Position numbers and translations under genes: made by a program. Under the pieces are notes generated by a model. The model made no database searches. It was given only the letters and a program-made list of their open reading frames with translations, and was not told the origin of the DNA. Below, piece by piece: positions 1-11,967 of a DNA stretch of 64,000 nt (position 1 is the stretch's first letter; each line of letters opens with the position of its first letter). Source of the stretch: Candidatus Omnitrophota bacterium (lineage in GTDB: Bacteria; Omnitrophota; Gorgyraeia; Duberdicusellales; 4484-171); contig WJJJ01000007.1 in the NCBI GenBank assembly GCA_014729775.1, positions 30,302-94,301 on the forward strand. Reading direction: 5' to 3'.

Positions 1-210
1 GTTCGACAGAACGAAGCCGATATCGAACTTTATCAATATGCCCGAAAGATGTTCCGACAGCAGCTTGCCGCCCTTGTGCCGTCTCTGACGGCCGAACTCC
101 GCCGGTTTAAGCTGTCCCAATTTGCGTATGAAACAGTGTATGGGGGGGCGCTTTGGGGTGCACGCAAGTTTATTCAAGCCCTGTCGCGGCAGAGATCTCG
201 ACCGGAATGA
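1..210 (+). CDS. 3' end of an upstream gene (partial, no start in window); product unknown
   Basis: Frame +1 is open from the window edge to TGA at 208-210 (69 codons ending ...FIQALSRQRSRPE*). I recognise no family from this fragment. Confidence 0.3.
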   Translation, partial: VRQNEADIELYQYARKMFRQQLAALVPSLTAELRRFKLSQFAYETVYGGALWGARKFIQALSRQRSRPE

Positions 211-364
211 ATTCCCAGGGATGCGGGAAGGGGGCCAACGAGTTGAATTATCAATTTTTAACAGGAATACACAAAGATATAATCTAAAGTGTTTTTTTAA
301 ACTTCCGTTGACTCTTTTTAGGAAATATGATATCACTATTTTTGATGGGATATTGAGGACAGTT

Positions 365-628
365 ATGCCGTACGACCTTCCTAAACAACCAAATCAAGAC
401 CGGCCACAGATTATGACCCCTAAAGAAACTGCGCAGTATCTCGGGGTGCATTTGATGACGGTATATCGGCTGATTCATAAGGGGGAGCTTCCCGGATTTA
501 AGATCGGCGGACAATGGAGGATCAAAAAAGACGTGCTGGACACCTGGATTCTGGATCAAACCCCCAGAAAGGCTGAGAAAAGGGATCCGGTGGAGGGGGA
601 TGACCGACAATCGACGGATGCCGGATGA
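365..628 (+). CDS. Excisionase-family helix-turn-helix DNA-binding protein (MerR-superfamily HTH_17-like)
   Basis: Internal ATG at 365 in ORF 122-628. The sequence TPKETAQYLGVHLMTVYRLIHKGELPGFKIGGQWRIKKDVLDTWI is the classic excisionase/Xis-type HTH signature. The 5' extension from a TTG start carries no recognisable domain. Confidence 0.7.
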   Translation: MPYDLPKQPNQDRPQIMTPKETAQYLGVHLMTVYRLIHKGELPGFKIGGQWRIKKDVLDTWILDQTPRKAEKRDPVEGDDRQSTDAG

Positions 629-1116
629 ATATGCGGCGGCAATTCAGTATTCTGTTGGGCGTATGGTGTCTCGGCATTGCCGCGTGCGTTCCACCCCAGG
701 AGCAGCGGGTGAGGATTGGCGATGCGGTGTTTGTCGTGCAGACCGCTGCGTCTCCGCGTGCCCGGCGAACCGGGTTGATGGGAAGGCGGTCGCTGGATGA
801 CAATGAAGGGATGCTGTTTGTATTCGAGCGCTCGGGGCGGTATCCGTTCTGGATGAAGAATATGAAAATTCCGCTGGATATTCTGTGGATTGATGCGCAG
901 TTTCGCATCGTCCACATTGAACCGTCTGTTCCGCCTTGCACCATGGAGCCCTGCCCGGGATATCATCCTGCGCTGGCAGCGCGCTATGTCCTGGAACTGC
1001 CCGCAGGTTCGGTTGTGCGTCACCGGATCGGTAGGGGAGATACAGTGGAGTTTTTAGAAAAGCGAGATCCGCCGAAGACAGTGTTTCCCCGGGGATCTGC
1101 CGGAGTGATTCTGTGA
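625..1116 (+). CDS. DUF192 (COG1430) family lipoprotein
   Basis: Signal peptide with lipobox (LGIAAC). The conserved DUF192 core is present (GLMGR...EGMLFVF...FWMKNMKIPLDILWID...). The start overlaps the upstream stop in an ATGA junction. Confidence 0.7.
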   Translation: MNMRRQFSILLGVWCLGIAACVPPQEQRVRIGDAVFVVQTAASPRARRTGLMGRRSLDDNEGMLFVFERSGRYPFWMKNMKIPLDILWIDAQFRIVHIEPSVPPCTMEPCPGYHPALAARYVLELPAGSVVRHRIGRGDTVEFLEKRDPPKTVFPRGSAGVIL

Positions 1117-1179
1117 CGGAGCGCCGCACCTGCGTTCGGCGGCTCCAAGGGGGGAAGGAAAAGTAAAAAAAAAGATCCA

Positions 1180-3033
1180 ATGAGTATACGGGTGAGAACA
1201 AAAAATCAGGAACCGCGAGGGGTTCGGGGGGTCAGGAAATACTGGTATTTCCTGAAGATGATGCAGGTTTCCCCGTGGTATTTTCTGATACAGATCGTCT
1301 CTTCTTTGTGCGTGGCAGGGTTTGACGGATTGAGTTTGGGGTTGCTCGCCCCGTTACTCAAGGGAATTATTGAGAAAGATTTTTCGTTCCTGGGCAATAT
1401 CACTGGGGTTCCCTGGCTGATGCGCGTGACCGGGATTCATATTCAGGACGTGCCCAGCCGGTTCCTTTTCCTGGGACTTGTGGGGGTTATTTTTGTTTCC
1501 GCGTTGCTCAAGAACGTGGTGTTTTATTTGTCTCAGGTATATATGGTGAAGCAGCGGGAAGGGTCCGCCTTTTATCTGAAGAATTTCGTGTTCCAGCGGT
1601 ATTTGACCTTCGGGAAATTATACCTGGATAAAATCAGCCAGGGGTATATCCAATCGGATCTCCTTTTCGCGGATCGGGTGGTCCGTCTCCTGGATGCGTT
1701 AGGGAAATTGCTGATCGCCGGGTTTACGCTGGTCGTCTATTTTTCGATCATGGTCTTTGTCGAATGGCGGCTGGCGCTGTTTGCGGTGGTAGTGTTGCCG
1801 GCACTCCATTTTTCGTTGCGGTGGTTAATTAAGAAGATCAGGCGAACGGCGCAACTTCAATCCAGAGTCGCGCTGAAGATGGGACGGCAAGTGTTCGATA
1901 TCCTTTCCGGGATCACGGTAGTGCACGCGTACAACAAGGAAGAGCCGATGTTCCGGAGATTCCGACAGATCAACGATGATATCAAACGGCATAATATCAG
2001 TCAGGATAAAAAGTTGCGAATGATCCAGCCCTTTCAGGAAGTGCTGACGATGATCGCGATCCTCTTTTTCGTTTCAGCGGTGGCGTTTATTTTTGTGACG
2101 GGCCGGGCAGGGCAGGTGTCGGAATATTTTCTGTTTCTCATTTTGGTCCGGCGGTGCGCCCCGGTGTTGATTCAGCTCAACCGGGTGAAATCAGATGTGG
2201 CGCAGCTTGACGGTCCGATGAATCGTTTGCTGAAGGTTGCGGAGGAAAAAGATAAACATGTCGTATCTTCCGGAGAAGAAGAGTTCAGCGGGATCAATTC
2301 CCACATTGAGATCCGAAATCTGAATTTTCAATACCGTCAGCATCTGCCGGTGGTCCGGGGAGTGAGCTTTACGATCCCCAAAGGGCAGATGACCGCGATC
2401 GTGGGGCCGACTGGTTCCGGGAAAACGACGTTGATCAATTTGATTATGCGGTTTTATGAGTGTCCGCCGGGGACGATTTTCCTTGACGGGAAAGATATTC
2501 GAGAGTATTCGATAGAGTCGTTGCGACGAAGTATTTCATTGGTCTCACAGGAGGTTACGTTATTTAACGATACTTTGAAAAACAATGTGCTCTTTGGGAG
2601 CCGACGGGATCAACGGCCCGGAAACGAGGAAGTACTCAGCGTATTTAAAAAAGCCCGGTTGGATGAGTTCGTCGCGAAGCTGCCGCAGGGGATACACACC
2701 GAGATCGGGGACAGGGGGGTGCGTCTCTCCGGCGGCGAGAAACAGCGGGTATCGATTGCGCGGGCGTTGCTGCGCCAGCCGGACATTATGATCTTGGATG
2801 AGGCGACCAGTTCTCTGGATACGACGACTGAACGGTTGGTTCAGGAAGCGATCGAGGAAGCGGTGAAAGGGCGTACCGCGATTGTGATCGCCCACCGGTT
2901 ATCCACCGTGAAAAACGCGGATAAGATAGTGGTCATTGAGGAAGGACGAAAGATAGAAGAAGGGCATTTGTCGGAGTTGATCGAAAGACGGGGAGCGTTT
3001 TATCATTACTGGCAGGCCCAGCGGTTTGAATAA
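1180..3033 (+). CDS. ABC transporter permease/ATP-binding fusion protein (MsbA/lipid-exporter-like)
   Basis: N-terminal 6-TM exporter domain followed by an NBD. Walker A is GPTGSGKTT, the ABC signature is LSGGEKQR and Walker B is IMILDEAT. An alternative ATG start lies at 1255/1258. Confidence 0.9.
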   Translation: MSIRVRTKNQEPRGVRGVRKYWYFLKMMQVSPWYFLIQIVSSLCVAGFDGLSLGLLAPLLKGIIEKDFSFLGNITGVPWLMRVTGIHIQDVPSRFLFLGLVGVIFVSALLKNVVFYLSQVYMVKQREGSAFYLKNFVFQRYLTFGKLYLDKISQGYIQSDLLFADRVVRLLDALGKLLIAGFTLVVYFSIMVFVEWRLALFAVVVLPALHFSLRWLIKKIRRTAQLQSRVALKMGRQVFDILSGITVVHAYNKEEPMFRRFRQINDDIKRHNISQDKKLRMIQPFQEVLTMIAILFFVSAVAFIFVTGRAGQVSEYFLFLILVRRCAPVLIQLNRVKSDVAQLDGPMNRLLKVAEEKDKHVVSSGEEEFSGINSHIEIRNLNFQYRQHLPVVRGVSFTIPKGQMTAIVGPTGSGKTTLINLIMRFYECPPGTIFLDGKDIREYSIESLRRSISLVSQEVTLFNDTLKNNVLFGSRRDQRPGNEEVLSVFKKARLDEFVAKLPQGIHTEIGDRGVRLSGGEKQRVSIARALLRQPDIMILDEATSSLDTTTERLVQEAIEEAVKGRTAIVIAHRLSTVKNADKIVVIEEGRKIEEGHLSELIERRGAFYHYWQAQRFE

Positions 3034-3052
3034 ACGGAAAGGAGAAACAGAG

Positions 3053-4771
3053 ATGGAAACGCAGCAGGGAACCAATATTATTGCGCCGTACGGAGAGACG
3101 CTCGTTGATCTGGTGGCTGCCGGCGGGGAGCGGGATGAATTGCTCGCCCGGTCGCGGGAAATGCCTTCATTGCAAGTGTCATTCCGGTCGCTTTGTGATC
3201 TGGAATTATTAGCTACTGGAGCTTTTTCGCCGGTCGATCGATTTATGAGCAGTAAAGATTATCTTCGCGTAAAAGAAGAAATGCGTCTGGCCGACGGCAC
3301 GTTCTTTCCCATCCCGGTCACGCTTCCCGCCGAAGATGTCAGCAGTTTCAAAACGGGCCGTCCGGTATGTATCCGCGGACCTCACAACGATGTCTTGGCC
3401 GTTTTGGAAGTAGAAGAAATCTATAAGTGGGACCGTGAGGACGAAGCCAGGAAGGTGTTCGGCACGACCGATTCCTACCATCCCCTCGTTGCCGAAATGG
3501 CAAGCTGGGGGAAGTACTATCTTTCGGGACCGATGAAAGTAGTGAACTTGCCGTGTCACTATGATTTTGCCGGGTTGCGCCGTACTCCCGCGCAGGTGAG
3601 AGCGTTTCTTTCGGAAATGGATGTGGCAAATGTCGTCGCATTTCAAACGAGAAATCCTCTGCACCGGGCGCACGAAGAACTTACCAAACGCGCCGCAGAG
3701 AAAATTAACGGGGCGCTCCTGCTTCATCCGGTCGTCGGGGCAACGCGTCCCGGAGATATCGATCACTTTATCCGAGTGCAGACGTACAAAGCGCTGGTGG
3801 AGAAGTATTACGACCCGCGGAAAACAGTGCTCAGCCTGCTGCCGCTGGCCATGCGGATGGCCGGTCCCCGGGAAGCGGTGTGGCACGCGATTATCCGCCG
3901 GAACTACGGAGCAAATCATTTTATCGTCGGCCGGGGGCATGCAGGCCCGGGAAAAGACTCTCATGGCCGCCCTTTTTACGGGCCTTACGACGCACAGGAG
4001 TTGATGCAGAAGGCAGAGCCCGAAATAGCGGTAAAGATGGTTGCCTTTCAGGAAATGGTGTATCTTCCGGACGAAGAACGTTTTGAAGAGCGGGCAAAAC
4101 TGGATCCTTCGGTTCGGATTCAGACCTTATCCGGCACGCAGGTAAGGAATGAATACCTGGCAAAAGGAAAATCTCTGCCGGAATGGTTTACCCGGCCGGA
4201 AGTTGCCCGGATTCTGGCGCACGCCTATCCTCCCTGTGAAGAAAAAGGGTTTTGTTTGTGGTTTACGGGCTGTCCGAGTGCGGGCAAGTCTACCATTGCT
4301 CAGATCGTGCAGGTACTGTTGAAAGAAAAAGGCAAGGAAGTGAGCATGCTTGACGGCGACGTGGTACGGACGCATCTTTCCAAGGGGCTCGGCTTTTCCC
4401 GCGAGGACCGGGATACCAATATCCTGAGGATTGGATTTGTGGCGTCGGAAATCGTCCGGCATCGCGGTACCGTGATCTGTGCCGCGGTCAGTCCGTACGA
4501 AGAAACCAGGAATCAGGTGCGGAGCATGGTCGGCGACGACCGGTTCGTGCTGGTGTTTGTCGATACTCCCCTCGAAGTCTGTGAACAGCGGGATATCAAA
4601 GGATTGTATGCCCAGGCCCGGTCGGGAAAGATTAAGGGGTTTACCGGAATCGATGATCCCTATGAACGTCCCGAAGCGCCGGATTTGCGGTTTACTACGA
4701 CCGAACAGAGTCCCGAGGAATGTGCGCGCGAAATTGTGCGGTATCTTGTCCAAAACGGATTTGTACGGTAA
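3053..4771 (+). CDS. sat: Bifunctional sulfate adenylyltransferase (ATP sulfurylase) / adenylyl-sulfate kinase (PAPS synthesis)
   Basis: The N-terminal ATP-sulfurylase motifs are QTRNPLHRAHE and GRGHAGPG. The C-terminal APS-kinase domain has the P-loop GCPSAGKST. The RBS is aaaggag 9 nt upstream of ATG 3053; the ORF tracker began at an upstream TTG (3026). Confidence 0.9.
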   Translation: METQQGTNIIAPYGETLVDLVAAGGERDELLARSREMPSLQVSFRSLCDLELLATGAFSPVDRFMSSKDYLRVKEEMRLADGTFFPIPVTLPAEDVSSFKTGRPVCIRGPHNDVLAVLEVEEIYKWDREDEARKVFGTTDSYHPLVAEMASWGKYYLSGPMKVVNLPCHYDFAGLRRTPAQVRAFLSEMDVANVVAFQTRNPLHRAHEELTKRAAEKINGALLLHPVVGATRPGDIDHFIRVQTYKALVEKYYDPRKTVLSLLPLAMRMAGPREAVWHAIIRRNYGANHFIVGRGHAGPGKDSHGRPFYGPYDAQELMQKAEPEIAVKMVAFQEMVYLPDEERFEERAKLDPSVRIQTLSGTQVRNEYLAKGKSLPEWFTRPEVARILAHAYPPCEEKGFCLWFTGCPSAGKSTIAQIVQVLLKEKGKEVSMLDGDVVRTHLSKGLGFSREDRDTNILRIGFVASEIVRHRGTVICAAVSPYEETRNQVRSMVGDDRFVLVFVDTPLEVCEQRDIKGLYAQARSGKIKGFTGIDDPYERPEAPDLRFTTTEQSPEECAREIVRYLVQNGFVR

Positions 4772-4811
4772 GAACAGAATGGCCAGGAGTTCGTGAAACC
4801 GGGAGCGGGAT

Positions 4812-7647
<2,836 letters not shown>

Positions 7648-7677
7648 GCGAACGAGGCACCGAAGAGGACAGCGGTA

Positions 7678-9444
7678 ATGAGCGGTACAAAGATGTTGAC
7701 CGATGAGATTCCGCGGTATCCCGATACGCTTCCCGGAAGCGTGTGGGGGCTTACCACGTACTATAATCCGGCTCAATACCGGAACAAACTAGCGAATTAT
7801 CGAATATTTAGAGAACGGGTTAAACGGCAGGGATTATCTCTGATCACGGTGGAAATCGCGTTCGGCCGGCGGCCGTTCGAGTTAGAGAACAGTGACGCCG
7901 AAGTCCTGATTCAGCGGCGGACACGCGGAGTGTTGTGGCAAAAAGAACGAGCGTTGAACATCGCCCTGCAGGCTCTGCCGGATGAGTGCGATAAAATTAT
8001 CTGGCTAGACGCGGATGTGCTGTTTTATGATGACCGGTGGATCGTGCGGACGTGTCGCGCGTTGCAGGAATACGTCGTTGTCCAGCCGTTTTCCTTTTTC
8101 TTCCGGCTGCCGAAAGGGTTCGAGGATTTGGAGGAATATACGCGGAGATATCCGGATGCCTGCCGCCGGATTACCGCCGGATATGGGATCGGGTACGGGA
8201 TCGCGCATTTAGGACGGGAATTTTTACGGGAAGTTTCGGTGCGGGAAGCCGGAACGGTAGGTTTTGCCTGGGCGGCGCGGCGGAGCGTATTTTCGTCCGT
8301 TGGGTTTTATGACGCTTCTCCGGTCGGAGTTGCGGATGCCGTTATGGCCTATGGATTTTACGGTGCCCAGTGCCGGCCATACCAACGCTATTGGACGGAG
8401 TCAATGAGGAGAGACCAAGCCCTTTGGACGGAGGAGATTTATCGCCGGGTGCGGGGCAGTGTGTTTTGGGTCGATGGGCGGCTGGGACATCTTTGGCACG
8501 GGGATGTAGCTTCACGGATGTACGTACGCCGGCAATCGATTGAGAAGAAATGCCGGTTCAACCCGCGTACGGATATCAAAAAAGATGCGCAAGACTGCTG
8601 GATATGGGCGACGCGTAAAAAGAAACGGTTGCGGTTCTGGGTTCGTTGGTATTTCTGGATGAGGAACGAAGAATGCAACGCGGCGGTACGGTGTCTGCGC
8701 GGGGTTACGCAGATGGGTACGTATCTGGCGAGAGTTCTGTGGGCGGCGTTTCCCCGGAGGATAAAAACGAGGTATTGGCAGGCAAAGGAACGTGTACTTT
8801 TGCGCAGAGGGAAGTTCCCCGTGCAGACCGCCGGACTGGTGTCCGGACGGTATCGGTGTCTCTATGTGGGGGTTCCGACCAGCTCCGGTTCATCGTGGAC
8901 ACAGCGTCTAGCCGGAGATCTGGGGATGAAGTTTGAACTTTTTCCGGGCTGTTCGCGGTTTTGGGCCGTGACGGATATACGTGCGCGTGAATTCCACCGG
9001 TATTTCAAATTTTGTTTCGTCCGGAATCCGTGGGAACGGGCAGCTGCCGGGTATGTGGAAAATATTCGACCATTGCCGGGGGGGCCGTACGGCCGCGGCG
9101 GTGGCGGCCGGGCATTTCCGTTTTTCCGGCCGGGGATGAGCTTCGAGGAGTTCATCAGGGTCATCCACCGTATTCCTGATTATGCCGCTGAACGATGGTT
9201 CCGTTCAAATTACGCCTGTATTTGCGATCCGCAGGGAAGGAAGGTAGTCGATTTCGTGGGCCGGTATGAACACTGGGAACGGGATTGGGCAACGGTGTAT
9301 GCGCGGCTGGGGTTGGTGAATAGGTCTGCTCCCGGTAAGGACGTCCGGTGTCCGGAGTACCGGCACTATTATAATGAAACGACCAAAGCGTTAGTGGAAC
9401 AGCGCTATCGCCGGGATATCGAGTTGTTTGGGTATGAGTTTTGA
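7678..9444 (+). CDS. Two-domain protein: N-terminal GT-A-like putative glycosyltransferase fused to a C-terminal carbohydrate sulfotransferase (Sulfotransfer_2-like) domain
   Basis: N-terminal half: WLDADVLF (DxD-like) and GHLWHGD. Middle: a Trp/Arg-rich linker. C-terminal half: a 5'-PSB-like YVGVPTSSGSSW, a 3'-PB motif FVRNPWERAAAGY, and the C-terminal Y..D..LFGYEF typical of CHST-type sulfotransferases. Confidence 0.7.
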   Translation: MSGTKMLTDEIPRYPDTLPGSVWGLTTYYNPAQYRNKLANYRIFRERVKRQGLSLITVEIAFGRRPFELENSDAEVLIQRRTRGVLWQKERALNIALQALPDECDKIIWLDADVLFYDDRWIVRTCRALQEYVVVQPFSFFFRLPKGFEDLEEYTRRYPDACRRITAGYGIGYGIAHLGREFLREVSVREAGTVGFAWAARRSVFSSVGFYDASPVGVADAVMAYGFYGAQCRPYQRYWTESMRRDQALWTEEIYRRVRGSVFWVDGRLGHLWHGDVASRMYVRRQSIEKKCRFNPRTDIKKDAQDCWIWATRKKKRLRFWVRWYFWMRNEECNAAVRCLRGVTQMGTYLARVLWAAFPRRIKTRYWQAKERVLLRRGKFPVQTAGLVSGRYRCLYVGVPTSSGSSWTQRLAGDLGMKFELFPGCSRFWAVTDIRAREFHRYFKFCFVRNPWERAAAGYVENIRPLPGGPYGRGGGGRAFPFFRPGMSFEEFIRVIHRIPDYAAERWFRSNYACICDPQGRKVVDFVGRYEHWERDWATVYARLGLVNRSAPGKDVRCPEYRHYYNETTKALVEQRYRRDIELFGYEF

Positions 9445-9476
9445 CCCGCGGCAGGCGTGAGTTTCCGGGGAAACGA

Positions 9477-10364
9477 ATGAAGAAGATGAAAGTATCGGTA
9501 GTGATCCGCAACCGTAATGAGGCGAGGTATCTCGAGAAAATCTTATATGCACTTTCTTTGCAGCGTGTGCCCCCTGATGAAATCATCGTGGTTGATAATG
9601 CCTCCGAAGACAACAGTGCCGAAGTGGCCGCGCGCGCGCAGGCGAAGCTCGTTTCGATCGACACAAAAACGTTTACCTATGGCAGAGCGTTGAATAGGGG
9701 GATTCGGGAAGCGAGCGGCGAAATTTGTGTCGTGCTGAGCGCGCACACGCTGCCGGTGGGCAGGAATTTCATCGAAGAATGCCTAGTTCCGTTTGAAGAT
9801 GAACGCATTGCAGGGGTTCGCTGTGTTCACGGCGCCAAGCAGCGTGATCTGGAAGAATGGATTAGCCCGCAAGTGCTGCGTTCTCCCGTTGATCCTGAAA
9901 AAGTAATTGCGTACGGACCTGGATGCGGATACGCGATTCGCCGAAGCGTATGGCAGGAGATTCCGTTTGAGGAAGATCTGGAAATGATCGAGGACAAGGC
10001 CTGGGCTTGGGAAGTGCTGCGTAACGGGTATCATATCTATTCTGCGTGTCCCGCGGTGTACACTCATATTCGGCCGCGCCGAACCCTGGAAAAAATATGG
10101 CGAACGAATCAGGAAGGGCGGGCGGTATACCGGAGATTCGCCCGGCGGTTCCCGGTGCGATCCCCGATGCAAGCGATCGGGGGTATCGTTGCGGCCGTCT
10201 GCTGGCGGGCTCCCCGGGCGGCGGTGTCGGTACTCGTCACAACGATAGGGACACACATTTTTTCCTTGATGTTGCCGATTATAGCCAGGAAAAAAGCATC
10301 ACAGGGGTCGCGTCCGTTTTTCGAAGTGTCACGGAGCTGGAAGGGGAGCAAGAAGAATGAGTGA
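9477..10364 (+). CDS. Family 2 glycosyltransferase
   Basis: ATG at 9477 (the tracker began at TTG 9441). KVSVVIRNRNEARYLEKILYALSLQRVPPDEIIVVDNASEDNS is a canonical GT2 N-terminus. Confidence 0.8.
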   Translation: MKKMKVSVVIRNRNEARYLEKILYALSLQRVPPDEIIVVDNASEDNSAEVAARAQAKLVSIDTKTFTYGRALNRGIREASGEICVVLSAHTLPVGRNFIEECLVPFEDERIAGVRCVHGAKQRDLEEWISPQVLRSPVDPEKVIAYGPGCGYAIRRSVWQEIPFEEDLEMIEDKAWAWEVLRNGYHIYSACPAVYTHIRPRRTLEKIWRTNQEGRAVYRRFARRFPVRSPMQAIGGIVAAVCWRAPRAAVSVLVTTIGTHIFSLMLPIIARKKASQGSRPFFEVSRSWKGSKKNE

Positions 10365-11085
10365 CACGAAGTACCGGTGTGTCGCGATTATCCCGGCCAG
10401 AGGAGGATCGAAAGGGATCCCGCAGAAGAACCTTGTAAAATTACATCGCCGTCCGCTACTGGCCTACACGATCGAAGCCGCTCGACAGAGCGGTTTGTTC
10501 GAGAAGGTACTCGTGTCGACCGAGAATGAAAAAATCAGGCAAACGGCGCATCGCTACGGTGCGCAATCCATCTGTCGCCCGGCGAACCTTTCCGGCGACC
10601 GCGCCGCTACCGAGCCGGTGGTTCTCCATGCGCTGAACCGGCTGCGCAAAACCGAAAGATACCGGCCCGATGTCGTATTCCTTTTACAGGCGACGTCGCC
10701 GTTGCGGGACGAGGACGATATTCGCGCGGCGTATCGGCAGTTTTTGCGGCAGAAGGTCGATTCGCTCCTTTCCGTGGAAAAAAACACCGATTTCCTGTGG
10801 AAAGAGTCCCGCAGGGGACTGGCTCCGATCAATTATTCGTATTCTCGACGGCCTCGCCGACAGGATATGCCGGTGCAATTCAAGGAAAACGGGGCAATTT
10901 ACATCACGAAATACGAGATATGGATGCGGCACGGAAATCGGTTAGGCGGAAGGATCGGGTATTCGCTGATGGATCCGATGAACTCGATCGAGATCGATGT
11001 TCCGTTTGATGTCATTGTTGCCGCGGCAGCGGTGCGCCGCCGGGGAAAAATACGCAAGAAGAAAGGGGGGAGTCATGACAGATAA
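10357..11085 (+). CDS. neuA: Acylneuraminate (nonulosonate) cytidylyltransferase, CMP-sugar synthetase
   Basis: CVAIIPARGGSKGIPQKNLVKLHRRPLLAYTIEAARQS matches the CMP-NeuAc/CMP-Kdn synthetase family N-terminus. It overlaps the upstream GT2 by 8 nt. Confidence 0.85.
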   Translation: MSDTKYRCVAIIPARGGSKGIPQKNLVKLHRRPLLAYTIEAARQSGLFEKVLVSTENEKIRQTAHRYGAQSICRPANLSGDRAATEPVVLHALNRLRKTERYRPDVVFLLQATSPLRDEDDIRAAYRQFLRQKVDSLLSVEKNTDFLWKESRRGLAPINYSYSRRPRRQDMPVQFKENGAIYITKYEIWMRHGNRLGGRIGYSLMDPMNSIEIDVPFDVIVAAAAVRRRGKIRKKKGGSHDR

Positions 11086-11947
11086 AGTACAGATCGCAGA
11101 CCGATTGGTGGGGAACGGCGAATCTTGTTTTGTAGTAGCCGAGATCGGCATCAATCACAACGGAGATCTGGATGTCGCCCGGAAGCTTATCTCCGCGGCG
11201 AATCTGGCGGGATGTGATGCGGTGAAATTTCAGAAAAGAACTGTGGAAACGGTATATACCCAGGAAGAACTCGCCAAGCCGAGGGAAAATCCCTTTGGGC
11301 CGACCAACGGAGATTTGAAACGAGGGTTGGAGTTTGACCGGGAGGAGTATGCACAGATCGCCGAATATTGCAAGACAAACAATCTTGTATGGTATGCGTC
11401 TTGCTGGGACGAAGGGTCGGTTGATTTTATGGAACAATTTAATCCGCCGTGCTACAAAATAGCTTCTCCGTTGTTAACCGACGATAAATTGTTGCGGTAT
11501 CATCGGCGGTACAAACGGCCGGTGATTCTTTCTACCGGGATGAGCACAATGGATCAGATCGATCACGCTGTCGAGGTGCTGGGAACGGAAAGGCTGATTT
11601 TGCTGCATTGTACCAGCACGTATCCGGCGCAGGTAGGGGAGCTCAATCTTCGCATGATTCCGGTATTGAAACAACGGTACCGGGTGCCGGTGGGCTATTC
11701 CGGGCATGAGGTTGGACTTGCGACCAGTATCGCCGCCGTTGCGTTGGGTGCATGCATGGTAGAGAGGCATATCACGCTGGACCGGGCGATGTGGGGAAGC
11801 GATCAGGCGGCGTCGGTCGAGCCGCACGGCTTCAGCCGACTGGTGCGCGACGCGCATGTAGTTGAGCAGGCTATGGGAGACGGGCAGAAGAGGGTATACG
11901 AGAGCGAAGTCCCCATCATTAAGAAGCTGCGGCGCGTGGGGAAGTAG
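11075..11947 (+). CDS. neuB: N-acetylneuraminate synthase family protein (NeuB-like nonulosonate / 9-phosphate synthase), lacks C-terminal SAF domain
   Basis: The NeuB TIM-barrel signature CFVVAEIGINHNGDLDVARKLI...CDAVKFQK is present. The RBS is ggggggag before ATG 11075. At 290 aa it has no antifreeze-like SAF domain. Confidence 0.85.
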   Translation: MTDKVQIADRLVGNGESCFVVAEIGINHNGDLDVARKLISAANLAGCDAVKFQKRTVETVYTQEELAKPRENPFGPTNGDLKRGLEFDREEYAQIAEYCKTNNLVWYASCWDEGSVDFMEQFNPPCYKIASPLLTDDKLLRYHRRYKRPVILSTGMSTMDQIDHAVEVLGTERLILLHCTSTYPAQVGELNLRMIPVLKQRYRVPVGYSGHEVGLATSIAAVALGACMVERHITLDRAMWGSDQAASVEPHGFSRLVRDAHVVEQAMGDGQKRVYESEVPIIKKLRRVGK

Positions 11948-11967
11948 TGCAAGCGAAGCGAGGCGGG

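Noticed and set aside
122-628. The full 168-aa ORF as called by the tracker (TTG start at 122)
   Set aside because: The N-terminal 80 residues have no domain and overlap the AT-rich promoter-like region. The conserved excisionase-type HTH begins at the internal Met (365).
10997-11947. Reading the NeuB-like gene as KdsA (KDO-8-P synthase), because a KdsC-family phosphatase follows
   Set aside because: KdsA belongs to the DAHP-synthase-like family. This protein carries the NeuB motif AEIGxNHNG...KFQK and is preceded by a NeuA-type rather than a KdsB-type cytidylyltransferase.
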